This document shows positions 23,583 through 33,744 of a DNA stretch of 54,776 bases, in pieces (within the stretch, counting starts at the first letter, position 1; every line of letters starts with the position of its first letter). The position numbers and the translations under genes were made by a program. The DNA comes from Candidatus Brocadiales bacterium (GTDB lineage Bacteria > Planctomycetota > Brocadiia > Brocadiales > Bathyanammoxibiaceae). The stretch is from positions 1-54,776 of the forward strand of contig JBHIBD010000005.1 in the NCBI GenBank assembly GCA_046758865.1. The letters are read 5' to 3'. The notes below the pieces were generated by a model. It was not told the origin of the DNA and made no database searches. It saw only the letters and a program-made list of their open reading frames with translations.

Positions 23583-24146
23583 ATGTCTCGCATGGGAATA
23601 TTACCTGTAGCTGTCCCCCAAGGGGTGGACGTTAGCATATCAGACCAACAGACCGTGAGGCTAAAGGGCCCTAAGGGGCAGTTGTCACAGACTATTCCCC
23701 CCGCAGTGGCGGCGGAGTACGATTCCAAGACCCGGCTCATCCATCTGAAGGTCTCTTCTGAGGCTCCGAGACAAAAGGCCTTTCAGGGCCTTTCAAGGAC
23801 CTTAGTGGCCAACGCCGTAGAAGGCGTGACAAAGGGCTTCTCGAAGGAGATGGAGATAGTAGGACTGGGTTACAACGTGAAGCTGCAGGGGAAGGATTTG
23901 GTGCTGGCATTGGGTTATAGTACGCCGATCCAACTTAAGATTCCCGAAGGGATAACGGTGCAGGTCACACAACCCACGAATCCAGCAAGGCTTACGATAA
24001 CCGGTGTGGACAAACAGTTAGTGGGTCAGTTTGCCGCCTCGGTACGGAGTTTGAGGCCTGTGGAGCCCTATAAGGGTAAGGGCATAAAGTATAAGGGTGA
24101 GACTGTGCGCAGGAAGGCCGGTAAGGCCTTTGGTGGGCAACAGTAG
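23583..24146 (+). CDS. rplF: 50S ribosomal protein L6
   Basis: MSRMG, KGPKG, EPYKGKGI. Confidence 0.98.
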   Translation: MSRMGILPVAVPQGVDVSISDQQTVRLKGPKGQLSQTIPPAVAAEYDSKTRLIHLKVSSEAPRQKAFQGLSRTLVANAVEGVTKGFSKEMEIVGLGYNVKLQGKDLVLALGYSTPIQLKIPEGITVQVTQPTNPARLTITGVDKQLVGQFAASVRSLRPVEPYKGKGIKYKGETVRRKAGKAFGGQQ

Positions 24147-24164
24147 AGGAGGTTCTTAGCCAGC

Positions 24165-24533
24165 GTGGACCCACAGAAGGAAAAATGGAAGAAAAGGCAC
24201 AGAAGACATCTCCGGGTGCGGCTAAATGTGTCTGGGACCAAAGACCGACCGCGGCTCTCTGTGTACAGAAGTCTTAAGAATATATACTGTCAGTTAATAG
24301 ATGATGGTGAGGGTAAGACCCTGGCATCTGCCTCCACCCTCTCGCCTGATATTAAGCAGAAGCTTCCCAGTGGTGGGAACAAAAAGGCGGCAGAACTGGT
24401 GGGGCAAAAGATTGCGAGTGAGGCAAAGAAAATAGGCATCAGCAAGGTAGTCTTTGATAGGAATTGCTATAAGTTTCACGGAAGGGTAAAGACCTTGGCT
24501 GATGCGGCTAGAAAAGCAGACCTGAAATTCTAG
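24165..24533 (+). CDS. rplR: 50S ribosomal protein L18
   Basis: [19 protein letters not shown]. Confidence 0.97.
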   Translation: MDPQKEKWKKRHRRHLRVRLNVSGTKDRPRLSVYRSLKNIYCQLIDDGEGKTLASASTLSPDIKQKLPSGGNKKAAELVGQKIASEAKKIGISKVVFDRNCYKFHGRVKTLADAARKADLKF

Positions 24534-24545
24534 AGAGGTGAAGAC

Positions 24546-25034
24546 TTGGCAGAGCCACAGAAGGAGGTAGGAGTCCTAGAGGATACAGTAGTTACCATCA
24601 ACCGCTGCACTGCAGTGACCAAGGGTGGTAAAAGTCTAAGCTTTAGTGCCTTGGTAGTGGTTGGAGACAGGCAGGGGAATGTGGGTTTTGGCTTTGGTAA
24701 GGCAAGGGAGGTACCCAGCGCAGTGTCCAAGGCCACAAAGGACGCCAAAAGGGGATTAGCGCGCGTTGCATTAAAGGGCGATACCATCCCATATGAGGTC
24801 TGGGGCCGATATGGTGCTGCCCGTGTATTTTTAAAGCCTGCTGCCCCGGGTACGGGGATAAAGGCAGGTGCAGCCGTGCGGGCGGTTGTAGAGCTGGCAG
24901 GGATAAGAAATATCCTCACGAAATGTTACGGTTCAAGGAATCCTTTAAACATTGTGAAGGCCACTATGGAAGGTCTAAAGTCTTTAAGGGATCCACGGTA
25001 TGTAGCCCGGCTCAGGGGGGTTGACCTGGAATGA
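24546..25034 (+). CDS. rpsE: 30S ribosomal protein S5
   Basis: VTKGG, ALVVVGD, PAAPGTGI. Confidence 0.97.
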   Translation: MAEPQKEVGVLEDTVVTINRCTAVTKGGKSLSFSALVVVGDRQGNVGFGFGKAREVPSAVSKATKDAKRGLARVALKGDTIPYEVWGRYGAARVFLKPAAPGTGIKAGAAVRAVVELAGIRNILTKCYGSRNPLNIVKATMEGLKSLRDPRYVARLRGVDLE

Positions 25035-25477
25035 ATCTCAAGGATGTTAAGACATATGGTGCACCGAGGCGGCGGAAAAAGCGCCTGGGGTGCGGTCCGG
25101 GGTCCGGCCACGGAAAGACATGCGGTAGGGGCGCAAAGGGTGCTGGGGCTCGTTCAGGGACTGAGACGGGGCTTTACTTTGAAGGCGGGCAGATGCCTAT
25201 GGTGCGTCGCATACCGAAGAGGGGCTTTACAAATATCTTTAAAAGGAGTTTTAGCATCGTAAACGTGGGGCAGATTAATTCCCTGGAGGGAAGAGACGTT
25301 ATTGACCTTAAAACCCTCCAAGACTCTGGGCTTGTGAGAAGGGAGTTCGGGGCCGGGGTAAAGGTCTTGGGAAACGGTGAGCTCAAGAGGCCTGTCAAGG
25401 TCTTTGCCCATAGGTTTAGTAAAAATGCTGTTGAGAAGATAACTGCCGCAGGTGGAGAGGCAAAGATAATAGAGTGA
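25031..25477 (+). CDS. rplO: 50S ribosomal protein L15
   Basis: GSGHGKTCGRG, FEGGQMP, PKRGF. Confidence 0.97.
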   Translation: MNLKDVKTYGAPRRRKKRLGCGPGSGHGKTCGRGAKGAGARSGTETGLYFEGGQMPMVRRIPKRGFTNIFKRSFSIVNVGQINSLEGRDVIDLKTLQDSGLVRREFGAGVKVLGNGELKRPVKVFAHRFSKNAVEKITAAGGEAKIIE

Positions 25478-26856
25478 TAGAAAAATTACAGAATATATAC
25501 AAGATACCAGAGCTCCGACACAAGATTATGATTACCTTGGGCCTTATTGCCCTGTGCAGGGTAGGAGTCTTTATTCCTATTCCGGGGATTGATACAGATG
25601 TCCTGAAGTCGTATTTTACCCAGTTTACGGGCACGGGTGTAGGTCAACTCCTTGGTTTAGTAGACCTCTTCGCTGGTGGTGCCCTTGCATCAGGGGCCGT
25701 CTTTGGCCTGGGGGTTATGCCCTACATAAGTGCGTCCATAATCTTTCAGCTACTAGTCGGCGTTGTTCCCGCCCTCGAGCGTCTGCACAAGGAAGGGGAG
25801 GCGGGAAGAAAGAAAATAAACCAATATACGAGGATGGCTACTGTAGGCCTCTGTATGTTTCAGGCCTTTATCCTTACTCGTACCCTATACACTATAGAGA
25901 TAAGCAACGTACCGGTGGTACCTGTGTATCTCCAGGGCCTGGGCTTTCAACTCATGGCCGCGCTGCTACTTACCACGGGGACCATGTTTCTGATGTGGAT
26001 AGGAGAGCAGATAGACGAACACGGGATAGGGAGCGGCATTTCTATAGTAATAATGGTAGGTATTGTAGACCGCCTACCTTGGGCGTTTTCCCAGGTTATC
26101 TCGAATTTCACCTTCTCGGTTGCTCCGGCCGAACACCAGATAGGCATCTTTAAACTGCTGTTATTGATTGGTTCCTTCGTGGCGATAGTGGCCGGTGTAG
26201 TATACATTACGCAGGGTCAAAGGCGCATCCCCGTCCAGCAGGCAAAACATACCCGTGGGCGGAAGGTGTATGGTGGGCAGAAGCACTTCCTGCCACTTAG
26301 GGTGAACCAGGCGGGAGTTATGCCCATTATCTTTGCACAGTCCCTGCTTATATTTCCTACTGCAATTATCCAGGGGCTGCAGGTAAGGTTTGAACCGGGC
26401 AGTTTTGGCTACTGGCTGACCTCACGGATGACCGAGGCACTTCAGGGAGGAATCGTTTATGTGAGTCTCTATTGTTTTCTCATAGCCTTCTTTTGTTACT
26501 TTTGGACGGCAATACAGTTTAACCCAAAGGAAATGTCCGAGAATATGAAGGACTATGGGAGTTTTATCCCAGGCATCAGGCCCGGCGGGCGGACGTCCGA
26601 GTACCTCGAAAACGTCATGAGCAGAATAACCCTGGCAGGTGCGACATTCCTGGCAATAATTGCACTGCTCCCAATGATAACATCGAGGGGCTTTGAGATA
26701 AGTCGTTCTATTGCTGGATTTTATGGTGGTACAGGGCTCCTGATAGTGGTGGGCGTTGCGCTGGACATGCTCCAGAAGATAGAGGCCCATTTGCTTATGA
26801 GGCATTATAGTGGACTCCTTGGCGGTTCGGCGAGAATAAGGGGCAGGAGAGGATGA
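25474..26856 (+). CDS. secY: Preprotein translocase subunit SecY
   Basis: LGVMPYISASII, AGVMPIIFA, IPGIRPG, GGTGLLIVVGV. Confidence 0.99.
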   Translation: MIEKLQNIYKIPELRHKIMITLGLIALCRVGVFIPIPGIDTDVLKSYFTQFTGTGVGQLLGLVDLFAGGALASGAVFGLGVMPYISASIIFQLLVGVVPALERLHKEGEAGRKKINQYTRMATVGLCMFQAFILTRTLYTIEISNVPVVPVYLQGLGFQLMAALLLTTGTMFLMWIGEQIDEHGIGSGISIVIMVGIVDRLPWAFSQVISNFTFSVAPAEHQIGIFKLLLLIGSFVAIVAGVVYITQGQRRIPVQQAKHTRGRKVYGGQKHFLPLRVNQAGVMPIIFAQSLLIFPTAIIQGLQVRFEPGSFGYWLTSRMTEALQGGIVYVSLYCFLIAFFCYFWTAIQFNPKEMSENMKDYGSFIPGIRPGGRTSEYLENVMSRITLAGATFLAIIALLPMITSRGFEISRSIAGFYGGTGLLIVVGVALDMLQKIEAHLLMRHYSGLLGGSARIRGRRG

Positions 26857-27515
26857 ATGTAGTCTTTCTGGGTCCTCCAGGTGCCGGTAAGGGGACCCAG
26901 GCAGAGACGATAAGCGAAGAGAGGCACATGGAGCACATATCAACGGGTGACCTGCTCAGAGGGGCCGTTCAGGCGGGTACCGCTATTGGCATGAAGGCAA
27001 AGGAGTACATGGAAAAGGGCCTTCTTGTGCCCGACGAGTTGGTGGTAGATATTGTTGCCGAGTGTATGACGAAAGGCGACCACGCCTCGAACTTTCTTTT
27101 GGACGGGTTTCCCAGGAACCTTGTACAGGCGAAGGCACTGGACCAGACCCTGAAGCATCTGGGGAATAGACTTGATGTGGTATTATATTTTGCTGTATCC
27201 GAAGAGACTGCGGTGAAACGCCTTACGGGGAGATGGCTGTGTTCCTCCTGTGGAGCGAATTATCACGAGCTGTATCTGCCACCAAATAAGGCTGGTATCT
27301 GCGACAAATGTGGAAAACCGCTCGGACAGAGAGCCGATGATAATGTTAAGACCGTGAAGAAAAGACTCAAGGTATACCGTGAACAAACTGCCGGCCTCAT
27401 CGATTATTATGAAAGAAGGGATGTTCTCAAGACCATTAATGCCGATCAGGGTGTAGACGATATACACGAAGAGATATGTGAGACCTTGAATTCGCTATCC
27501 GAGAGAAGTATATGA
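26853..27515 (+). CDS. adk: Adenylate kinase (zinc LID)
   Basis: GPPGAGKGT, LDGFPR, CSSC...CDKC. Confidence 0.98.
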   Translation: MNVVFLGPPGAGKGTQAETISEERHMEHISTGDLLRGAVQAGTAIGMKAKEYMEKGLLVPDELVVDIVAECMTKGDHASNFLLDGFPRNLVQAKALDQTLKHLGNRLDVVLYFAVSEETAVKRLTGRWLCSSCGANYHELYLPPNKAGICDKCGKPLGQRADDNVKTVKKRLKVYREQTAGLIDYYERRDVLKTINADQGVDDIHEEICETLNSLSERSI

Positions 27516-28267
27516 TAGAGTGTAAAAGCGCCAGGCAAATAGAGAGAATAAGGGCAGCTGGAAGGATAGTTGCAGGGGCCTTGCACCTTGCAAAAGAGTT
27601 AGCCAAAGCAGGAGTTACTACGGAACTTTTGGACGAAGAGCTAGACAAATATGTTCGACTGCATCGTGGCAGGGCAATGTTTAAGGGCTACAGGGGCTAT
27701 CCAAAGAGTATATGTGCCTCTATCAATGAGGAGGTGGTACACGGAATACCGGGTCCAAGGAGACTTTGTGAAGGAGATATTTTAAGTATAGATATCGGAG
27801 TGGAGTACAAGAAATATGTGGCCGATGCTGCTGTGACCATCCCTATTGGGCATATTTCCCCTGAGGCAGATAGCCTCTTAGTCGTGTGTGAAGAGGCCCT
27901 AAACCAGGCAATTAAAACGATAAGGTCTGGTATAAAGCTCTCCGCCCTTGCAGGCAGTATACAACGTTATGTGGAGGAGAATGGGTATTCTGTAATAAGG
28001 GACTATACGGGGCATGGAATCGGAAGGGATATGCACGAAGACCCCCAGGTACCTAATTATGTGAGTGATTCCTTGCTAGCCAGTGACGTGATACTCCTTG
28101 CGGGCACCACCCTGGCCATCGAACCCATGATATGTGAGGGTAGTGCCGAGACGGAGGTGCTGGATAACAGGTGGACAGTTGTGACAAAAGACCGCAAGCT
28201 CTCTGCACACTTTGAACACACTATTGTGGTTACTGATGCGGGCTGCGAGATCCTTACCGGGGAATAA
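27512..28267 (+). CDS. map: Methionine aminopeptidase type I
   Basis: [30 protein letters not shown]. Confidence 0.98.
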   Translation: MIECKSARQIERIRAAGRIVAGALHLAKELAKAGVTTELLDEELDKYVRLHRGRAMFKGYRGYPKSICASINEEVVHGIPGPRRLCEGDILSIDIGVEYKKYVADAAVTIPIGHISPEADSLLVVCEEALNQAIKTIRSGIKLSALAGSIQRYVEENGYSVIRDYTGHGIGRDMHEDPQVPNYVSDSLLASDVILLAGTTLAIEPMICEGSAETEVLDNRWTVVTKDRKLSAHFEHTIVVTDAGCEILTGE

Positions 28268-28277
28268 AGAGGCGTGT

Positions 28278-28496
28278 ATGGGTAAAGAGGAGCCTATAAG
28301 GGTAGAGGCGGTTGTAAAGGAGGCCCTTCCAAACGCTATGTTCAAGGTAGAGTTGCCAAACGGCCATCAGGTTCTGGCACATGTCTCTGGCAAGATGAGG
28401 ATGCATTTCATACGAATTCTGCCAGGAGATAAAGTGACCATAGAGATGTCACCATACGACCTGGATAGAGGGAGAATAATCTACAGACAGGCATAA
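28278..28496 (+). CDS. infA: Translation initiation factor IF-1
   Basis: [28 protein letters not shown]. Confidence 0.98.
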   Translation: MGKEEPIRVEAVVKEALPNAMFKVELPNGHQVLAHVSGKMRMHFIRILPGDKVTIEMSPYDLDRGRIIYRQA

Positions 28497-28525
28497 CGCC
28501 TGGTATAGTAGGAATTTAGCCAGCT

Positions 28526-28639
28526 ATGAAGGTAAGGTCTTCGGTAAAACGTATCTGTGAGAATTGCAAGATAATCAGGCGGAAGAATGTAGTCCGCGTT
28601 ATCTGTACCAACCCAAGACACAAGCAACGTCAGGGTTAA
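28526..28639 (+). CDS. rpmJ: 50S ribosomal protein L36 (not in ORF track)
   Basis: Manual translation [37 protein letters not shown]. Confidence 0.97.
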   Translation: MKVRSSVKRICENCKIIRRKNVVRVICTNPRHKQRQG

Positions 28640-28657
28640 CAAAAGAGAGGAGTATTG

Positions 28658-29038
28658 ATGCCAAGGATTGCGGGAGTAGATATACCTGCTGATAAACCCA
28701 TCGTTATTTCACTTACCTATATGTACGGTATTGGAAGAACCCTATCTAGGAAGATACTAAAGGCCCTGAATATAGACGAAAATCTTCGTGCGAAGGACCT
28801 GCATGAGGACCAACTGAGCATCCTGGGCGCCTATATAGAAAAGAACCATGTTATCGAGGGTGCTCTCAGGCGTCATGACAGCCAGAATATAACCTTGCTG
28901 AGGGGTATAGGCTGCTACCGTGGCTTGCGACACAGGTTGGGCCTGCCCGTGAGGGGCCAGAGGACTAGCACCAATGCCCGTACAAGAAAGGGTAAAAGGA
29001 GGACTGTAGCAGGAAGAAAAGGGCCTGAAAAGGGTTAA
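28658..29038 (+). CDS. rpsM: 30S ribosomal protein S13
   Basis: [22 protein letters not shown]. Confidence 0.98.
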   Translation: MPRIAGVDIPADKPIVISLTYMYGIGRTLSRKILKALNIDENLRAKDLHEDQLSILGAYIEKNHVIEGALRRHDSQNITLLRGIGCYRGLRHRLGLPVRGQRTSTNARTRKGKRRTVAGRKGPEKG

Positions 29039-29041
29039 GGG

Positions 29042-29887
29042 ATGAATCTTTCCTTACAAAATACAGACTATAGTGTTGAGACACTCTCCAGTGTGTTAAC
29101 GTCCTCTAGGGATTTTCTCAGGGCCCTCAGGTGGGAAGGCCCCGGCGGGGACATAAACCGAAGTGAGATGAAGAAATTTCAGGAAACAGTGGGTTTTTCC
29201 TCACATATCCTGCGTATGACCAGGGACACGTTTTGCCAAGACCTGGCGTACCTCGAGTGTTCATGTGGTAAATCCTATCTCACCTTTGCCCTGAACCGCA
29301 TACTGAAGGAATTGTATGGTGTGGAACGTACCTTTGATGGGGTCGATGTCTCAAGGGCCCTTGTAGAGAAATGCCGTAGAATCGCTATGTCACTTGACTA
29401 TGATAACATGAGTTTCACGGAGGGGCGGACGCTGGAGTTCTGTGCCCCGGGGGATAAGAAAATAGATATAGTCCTTGCGCTCCATGCATGCGACACCGCT
29501 ACAGACGAGGCCATAGCCAAGGGCATACAGTTAGGTGCTAGATACATTATGGTGGTACCCTGCTGCCAAAATCAGCTCAGGGGCCAGATAAGGCCCACAC
29601 AGCCGTTAAAGGGGCTTACAGACTTTGGCCCCCTGCTCTACCGTTTTGCAGACCTCCTGACCGAGGCCCTAAGGGCACAGGTCTTGAAGGGGGCTGGTTA
29701 TGCCGTCGAAATCCACGAAATAGTTCCACCAACGGTAACGCCAAAGAACCTCGTTATTACGGCTAGAAGGCTAAGGTCTAGGAAGAAGAGGGGGATGGAT
29801 GGTTATAGGAAACTATGTCGTCAGCTAGGCGTTCGTTCTATTTTAGAGGATTTTCTTCCTGAGCTTTTTCATGGAAAGGATGGTTAA
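29042..29887 (+). CDS. Class I SAM-dependent methyltransferase (Methyltransf_32-like)
   Basis: [11 protein letters not shown] (motif I-like), [28 protein letters not shown]. Confidence 0.85.
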   Translation: MNLSLQNTDYSVETLSSVLTSSRDFLRALRWEGPGGDINRSEMKKFQETVGFSSHILRMTRDTFCQDLAYLECSCGKSYLTFALNRILKELYGVERTFDGVDVSRALVEKCRRIAMSLDYDNMSFTEGRTLEFCAPGDKKIDIVLALHACDTATDEAIAKGIQLGARYIMVVPCCQNQLRGQIRPTQPLKGLTDFGPLLYRFADLLTEALRAQVLKGAGYAVEIHEIVPPTVTPKNLVITARRLRSRKKRGMDGYRKLCRQLGVRSILEDFLPELFHGKDG

Positions 29888-30267
29888 TGGCCAAGGCAGG
29901 TAGGAAGAAGATACGGCGCAACGTTAATAGAGCGGTAGCTCATATAAAGGCTACCTTTAATAACACCTACATTAATATAACAGACCTGAACGGAGAGACT
30001 ATGTGCTGGGCCTCAGCTGGTACAGTGGGATTTAAGGGTTCCAGGAAGAGTACCCCCTTTGCTGCACAGAGGGCCGCCGAGAACGTGGCCGAAAAGGCCT
30101 TAAAGCAGGGGGTGTCGGAGCTTGACATAAAGGTCAAAGGGCCTGGTTCAGGCCGGGAATCTGCCATTACAGCGCTTCAGGTAGCAGGGCTTAGTGTAAA
30201 GTCCATAGAGGATGTTACGCCATTGCCACACAACGGCTGTCGCCCAAGAAAGAAGAGGAGGGTGTAG
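29887..30267 (+). CDS. rpsK: 30S ribosomal protein S11
   Basis: [28 protein letters not shown]. Confidence 0.98.
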   Translation: MAKAGRKKIRRNVNRAVAHIKATFNNTYINITDLNGETMCWASAGTVGFKGSRKSTPFAAQRAAENVAEKALKQGVSELDIKVKGPGSGRESAITALQVAGLSVKSIEDVTPLPHNGCRPRKKRRV

Positions 30268-30273
30268 GAAAAT

Positions 30274-30900
30274 ATGGGCAAATATACTGGGCCATCCTGT
30301 AGGTTATGCAGACGGGAAGGGATAAAGTTGTACCTTAAGGGGAACCGTTGCTTTACCGTGAAGTGCCCTGTTACAAAGAGGAAGACCGTTCCCGGACAAC
30401 ACTTCTGGCGGAGTGGTAAAATGTCCAAATATGGACTGCAGTTCAGGGAGAAGCAGAAGCTCAAAAGATTCTACGGCGTACTGGAGAGACCCTTTAGAAG
30501 GTACTTCGAAATGGCTGAACGGCAAAAGGGTAACACAGGTGAGAACCTACTTCTACTACTGGAGAGGAGGCTAGACAATGTGCTCTACCTCCTCAGTTTT
30601 GCAGCATCCAGGAAGGAAGCAAAGCAGATAATAGGCCACGGCCATATTATGGTAAATGGTAAAAGGCTCGACATCCCTTCCTACCTTGTACAGGTAGGTG
30701 ATGTCATTAAAGCAGTTGCTAGGCAGCGCAGCTTAGACATGACGAAGACTAATCTTCAGAGCTATGTTTCTCGCTATAATTCACAGTGGTTGGAGTTGGA
30801 TAAGGACACTCCGCAAGCCAAGGTGCTGAGACTGCCTGTAAGAGAAGAAGTTTCCATTTCTATACAAGAGCAGTTGGTAGTCGAGCTCTGTTCAAAATAA
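30274..30900 (+). CDS. rpsD: 30S ribosomal protein S4
   Basis: CRLCRREG, LERRLDNV, DIPSYLV. Confidence 0.98.
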   Translation: MGKYTGPSCRLCRREGIKLYLKGNRCFTVKCPVTKRKTVPGQHFWRSGKMSKYGLQFREKQKLKRFYGVLERPFRRYFEMAERQKGNTGENLLLLLERRLDNVLYLLSFAASRKEAKQIIGHGHIMVNGKRLDIPSYLVQVGDVIKAVARQRSLDMTKTNLQSYVSRYNSQWLELDKDTPQAKVLRLPVREEVSISIQEQLVVELCSK

Positions 30901-30968
30901 GGGTGTGCAAAAAGGGTTAAAAAAAGCTTACCCTAAGGCCAAAATAAGCTTTTAGAGGGGAGGTGTAT

Positions 30969-31994
30969 ATGCGAATTCGGTGGAGGGGTTTTGAACTACC
31001 GACTCGCATCACGGTAGACCAGCAGACATTGACTAACACCTATGGGAAGTTCACCGCAGAACCTTTTGAGAGGGGGTATGGGATTACTATTGGTAACAGC
31101 CTCCGTAGGGTGTTGCTGTCGTCCCTGCAAGGCAGTGCCGTTACTTCCGTGAGGTTCAAGGGGGTCAGGCATGAGTTCACTTATATTCCTGGGGTGGTGG
31201 AAGATGTAACGGACATTATGCTCAATATCAAATCCATTATAGTAAAGCTTCAGGACGACCAACCAAGAAAGATTAGGATAGACGTCCATAAGAAGGGTGA
31301 AGTAAAGGCCAAAGATATTGTTACAGAAGGTGACGTCGAGATAGTTAATCCTGACCTTCATATAGCGACCCTTTCGGAGAACGTGGATTTTGAGGTGGAG
31401 ATGGAGGTGAAAAAGGGACGTGGCTACGTAACGGCTGAAGAAAACGAGCCAGAGGAACCGGAGATAGGCCTAATTGCCCTGGATTCTGTGTTTTCTCCCG
31501 TGAGAAAGGTAAAGTACTATACAGAGGATACCAGGGTGGGCAGGAGAACTAATTACGATAGACTAATTATGGAAATATGGACCAACGGCATTGTCACGCC
31601 AGAGATGGCAATGGTGGAGGCCGCCAAGGTCCTTAGAAAGCACCTTAACCCCTTTGTGCAGTATTTTGACGTGGGGCGTGAGCTGCCACGTTTAGACGTA
31701 AGGCCCAGTCTGGAGACTGCCGAGCTGAAGGCCGAGGTGACAGACGAGCTTCAGGCAAAGCTGGATAAACTTGTCGTAGACCTCGACCTCTCTGTGCGCG
31801 CATCTAACTGCCTTGAGGCAGCAAACATAAGGACCATAGGGGAACTTGTGTCCCTTACAGAGGACGAGGTGTTGTCGATAAGAAATTTCGGAAAGACAAC
31901 ACTAAAAGAGGTCAAGAAAAAATTGGCGCAGCTAGGGTTAAGTTTTGGTATGCAGAAGAAAGAGAAGGTAAGCGTGCATGAGACACAGAGTTAG
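30969..31994 (+). CDS. rpoA: RNA polymerase alpha subunit
   Basis: EPFERGYG, GNSLRRVLLSS, LSVRASNCL, RNFGK. Confidence 0.98.
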   Translation: MRIRWRGFELPTRITVDQQTLTNTYGKFTAEPFERGYGITIGNSLRRVLLSSLQGSAVTSVRFKGVRHEFTYIPGVVEDVTDIMLNIKSIIVKLQDDQPRKIRIDVHKKGEVKAKDIVTEGDVEIVNPDLHIATLSENVDFEVEMEVKKGRGYVTAEENEPEEPEIGLIALDSVFSPVRKVKYYTEDTRVGRRTNYDRLIMEIWTNGIVTPEMAMVEAAKVLRKHLNPFVQYFDVGRELPRLDVRPSLETAELKAEVTDELQAKLDKLVVDLDLSVRASNCLEAANIRTIGELVSLTEDEVLSIRNFGKTTLKEVKKKLAQLGLSFGMQKKEKVSVHETQS

Positions 31995-32703
31995 AGGAAG
32001 ACACCTGAGCAGGACCCCGAGCCACAGACTCGCCTTGCGGCGTAATTTGGCTGCCAGCCTATTCACCTACGGTAGGATAATCACTACCATGCCCAAGGCG
32101 AAGGAGGTAAGGCCATTTGTAGAGAGGCTCATTACCCTTGCAAGAAAGGCCGTCTCCAAAAAAGAGACAGACAAACCCGCCTATGTCCATTATTACCGCA
32201 TGATCTTATCAAGGCTCCAGAATAAGGAGCTGGTGCAGAAGCTGGTGGGTGAGGGCAAGTGGCGCCAAGAGGGTGGTATAGCCCAGAAATATTTGAGCAG
32301 AAATGGGGGTTATACCAGAATACTCCGCCTCTCAGGGAGCAGGTTAGGTGTGCTTACAGGTGGCAAAGTAGGCAAGATCCCTGAACTGGAATATAAGATG
32401 GAGGGCGTAGAGAGGAAACTCCGCCTGGTGGGAAACCGTTTGGGCGACAATGCAGACAGGGTGCTCTTTGAACTTGTTGAAGAGAAGGCTGTGGAGGCAG
32501 AAGTCAGCCCGAAACCCGAGGCACCTGAAAAGGTAGAGTCGAAGAAACCCGAACCCAAACAAAGAAGGGCCCAGGCCACAAAGACAGAAGAAACAAAGGC
32601 CGGGGAGAAAGAGGCTCAGGGCTCATCTGGCCAGCCTTCGGGTGCAGGCAATAAGGCCAAAGGAAAGAAGAAAATAACAGCGCAGAGAGAAGAAAAGGGA
32701 TGA
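31978..32703 (+). CDS. rplQ: 50S ribosomal protein L17, with insertions and a long C-terminal tail
   Basis: MRHR, TTMPKAKE, RNGGYTRI, RLGDNA. Confidence 0.95.
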   Translation: MRHRVRGRHLSRTPSHRLALRRNLAASLFTYGRIITTMPKAKEVRPFVERLITLARKAVSKKETDKPAYVHYYRMILSRLQNKELVQKLVGEGKWRQEGGIAQKYLSRNGGYTRILRLSGSRLGVLTGGKVGKIPELEYKMEGVERKLRLVGNRLGDNADRVLFELVEEKAVEAEVSPKPEAPEKVESKKPEPKQRRAQATKTEETKAGEKEAQGSSGQPSGAGNKAKGKKKITAQREEKG

Positions 32704-33116
32704 AGGACTGTGTATTCTGTAAGATTGCCAGTGGAGCGCTTCCAGCCGCTAAGCTTCTGGAAGACAAGAAGGCAGTATCTTTCCTGGATATAAACCCAGT
32801 AAACCACGGTCACATCCTGGTCATGCCGAAAAAACACTACGAGACTATAATGGATATCCCCGGAAAAGAGCTGGCGAAGGTGATGGAAATGGTACCGGCC
32901 CTCGCCAAAGCCGTTGCCGAGTTTACTAACGCAGATGGTCTGAATATCTTCCAAACTAATAAGCCTTGTGCCGGACAGACTGTTCCCCATGTACATTTTC
33001 ATATAATCCCAAGACACAAGAGCGACGGATTCCACTTTGGGTGGAGGCAGGGCAGATATACCGAGGGTGAGGTAGATAGGCTGCAGTGGGGCATCCTTAA
33101 GGCCCTGGGGGTGTAG
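32700..33116 (+). CDS. HIT family nucleotide hydrolase
   Basis: DCVFCKI, GQTVPHVHFHIIPR histidine triad. Confidence 0.93.
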   Translation: MKDCVFCKIASGALPAAKLLEDKKAVSFLDINPVNHGHILVMPKKHYETIMDIPGKELAKVMEMVPALAKAVAEFTNADGLNIFQTNKPCAGQTVPHVHFHIIPRHKSDGFHFGWRQGRYTEGEVDRLQWGILKALGV

Positions 33117-33144
33117 CCATAAGTGATCTTGTGAGGTTGGAGGT

Positions 33145-33594
33145 ATGCCCAGGAATTTTAGCTGGCTCGTGCCCAACGAGATAGCAGGCATGGCATGGCC
33201 TGCCTCTACGGTAGGTGTTTTTGAATACCTCAAAGAGCAGGATATAGACGCAATAGTCTCCCTCACAGAGCAGCCCCTCCATAATGCCCTCATTGAGGAA
33301 TTTGGTTTTGAGTATAAGCACGTGCCCATCGAGGACCTGACCGCACCTTCCATGGAGCAGATTAACGAGTTCGTAGAATTTGCCACCAGGATGAAGGAGG
33401 TGGGCAAGAAGATAGTGGTGCACTGCGGGGCGGGTGTAGGTAGGACGGGTACCATGCTTGCCTGCTACCTTGTGCACAGGGGCTACAACGCCGCAGATGC
33501 CATTAATGAGGTGCGCCGGAAGCGCCCGGGCTCTATCGAGACCGTTGAGCAGGAAGAGATTGTAATCAGATACGCAGAAAAGCTTGCCAAGTAA
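33145..33594 (+). CDS. Dual-specificity protein phosphatase family protein
   Basis: VHCGAGVGRTG (CX5R), RPGSIET..Q. Confidence 0.92.
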   Translation: MPRNFSWLVPNEIAGMAWPASTVGVFEYLKEQDIDAIVSLTEQPLHNALIEEFGFEYKHVPIEDLTAPSMEQINEFVEFATRMKEVGKKIVVHCGAGVGRTGTMLACYLVHRGYNAADAINEVRRKRPGSIETVEQEEIVIRYAEKLAK

Positions 33595-33607
33595 ACGGTA
33601 GTGAGGT

Positions 33608-33664
33608 TTATATTCTTGTTTCCGTCTTCTTAAGCTCCATTTTGCTATATAGAATTAGAATCAC
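33608..33664 (-). pseudogene. Remnant of the 3' end of an ahbB-like gene
   Basis: Encodes VILILYSKMELKKTETRI*, matching the AhbB C-terminus VILYSEKEFKKTGTRI* just upstream. Confidence 0.6.
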
Positions 33665-33744
33665 GGAGAAAGTAGTAGGGTGCATCTTGGCGCAATGCGA
33701 GGGGCGATGTCTGTGGTGGGCGGAGCCTTCTCTACCGGGGGTTT

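Noticed and set aside
842-32767. Numerous minus-strand and alternate-frame ORFs over ribosomal and RNA polymerase genes
   Set aside because: Shadow ORFs of conserved genes with no recognisable motifs
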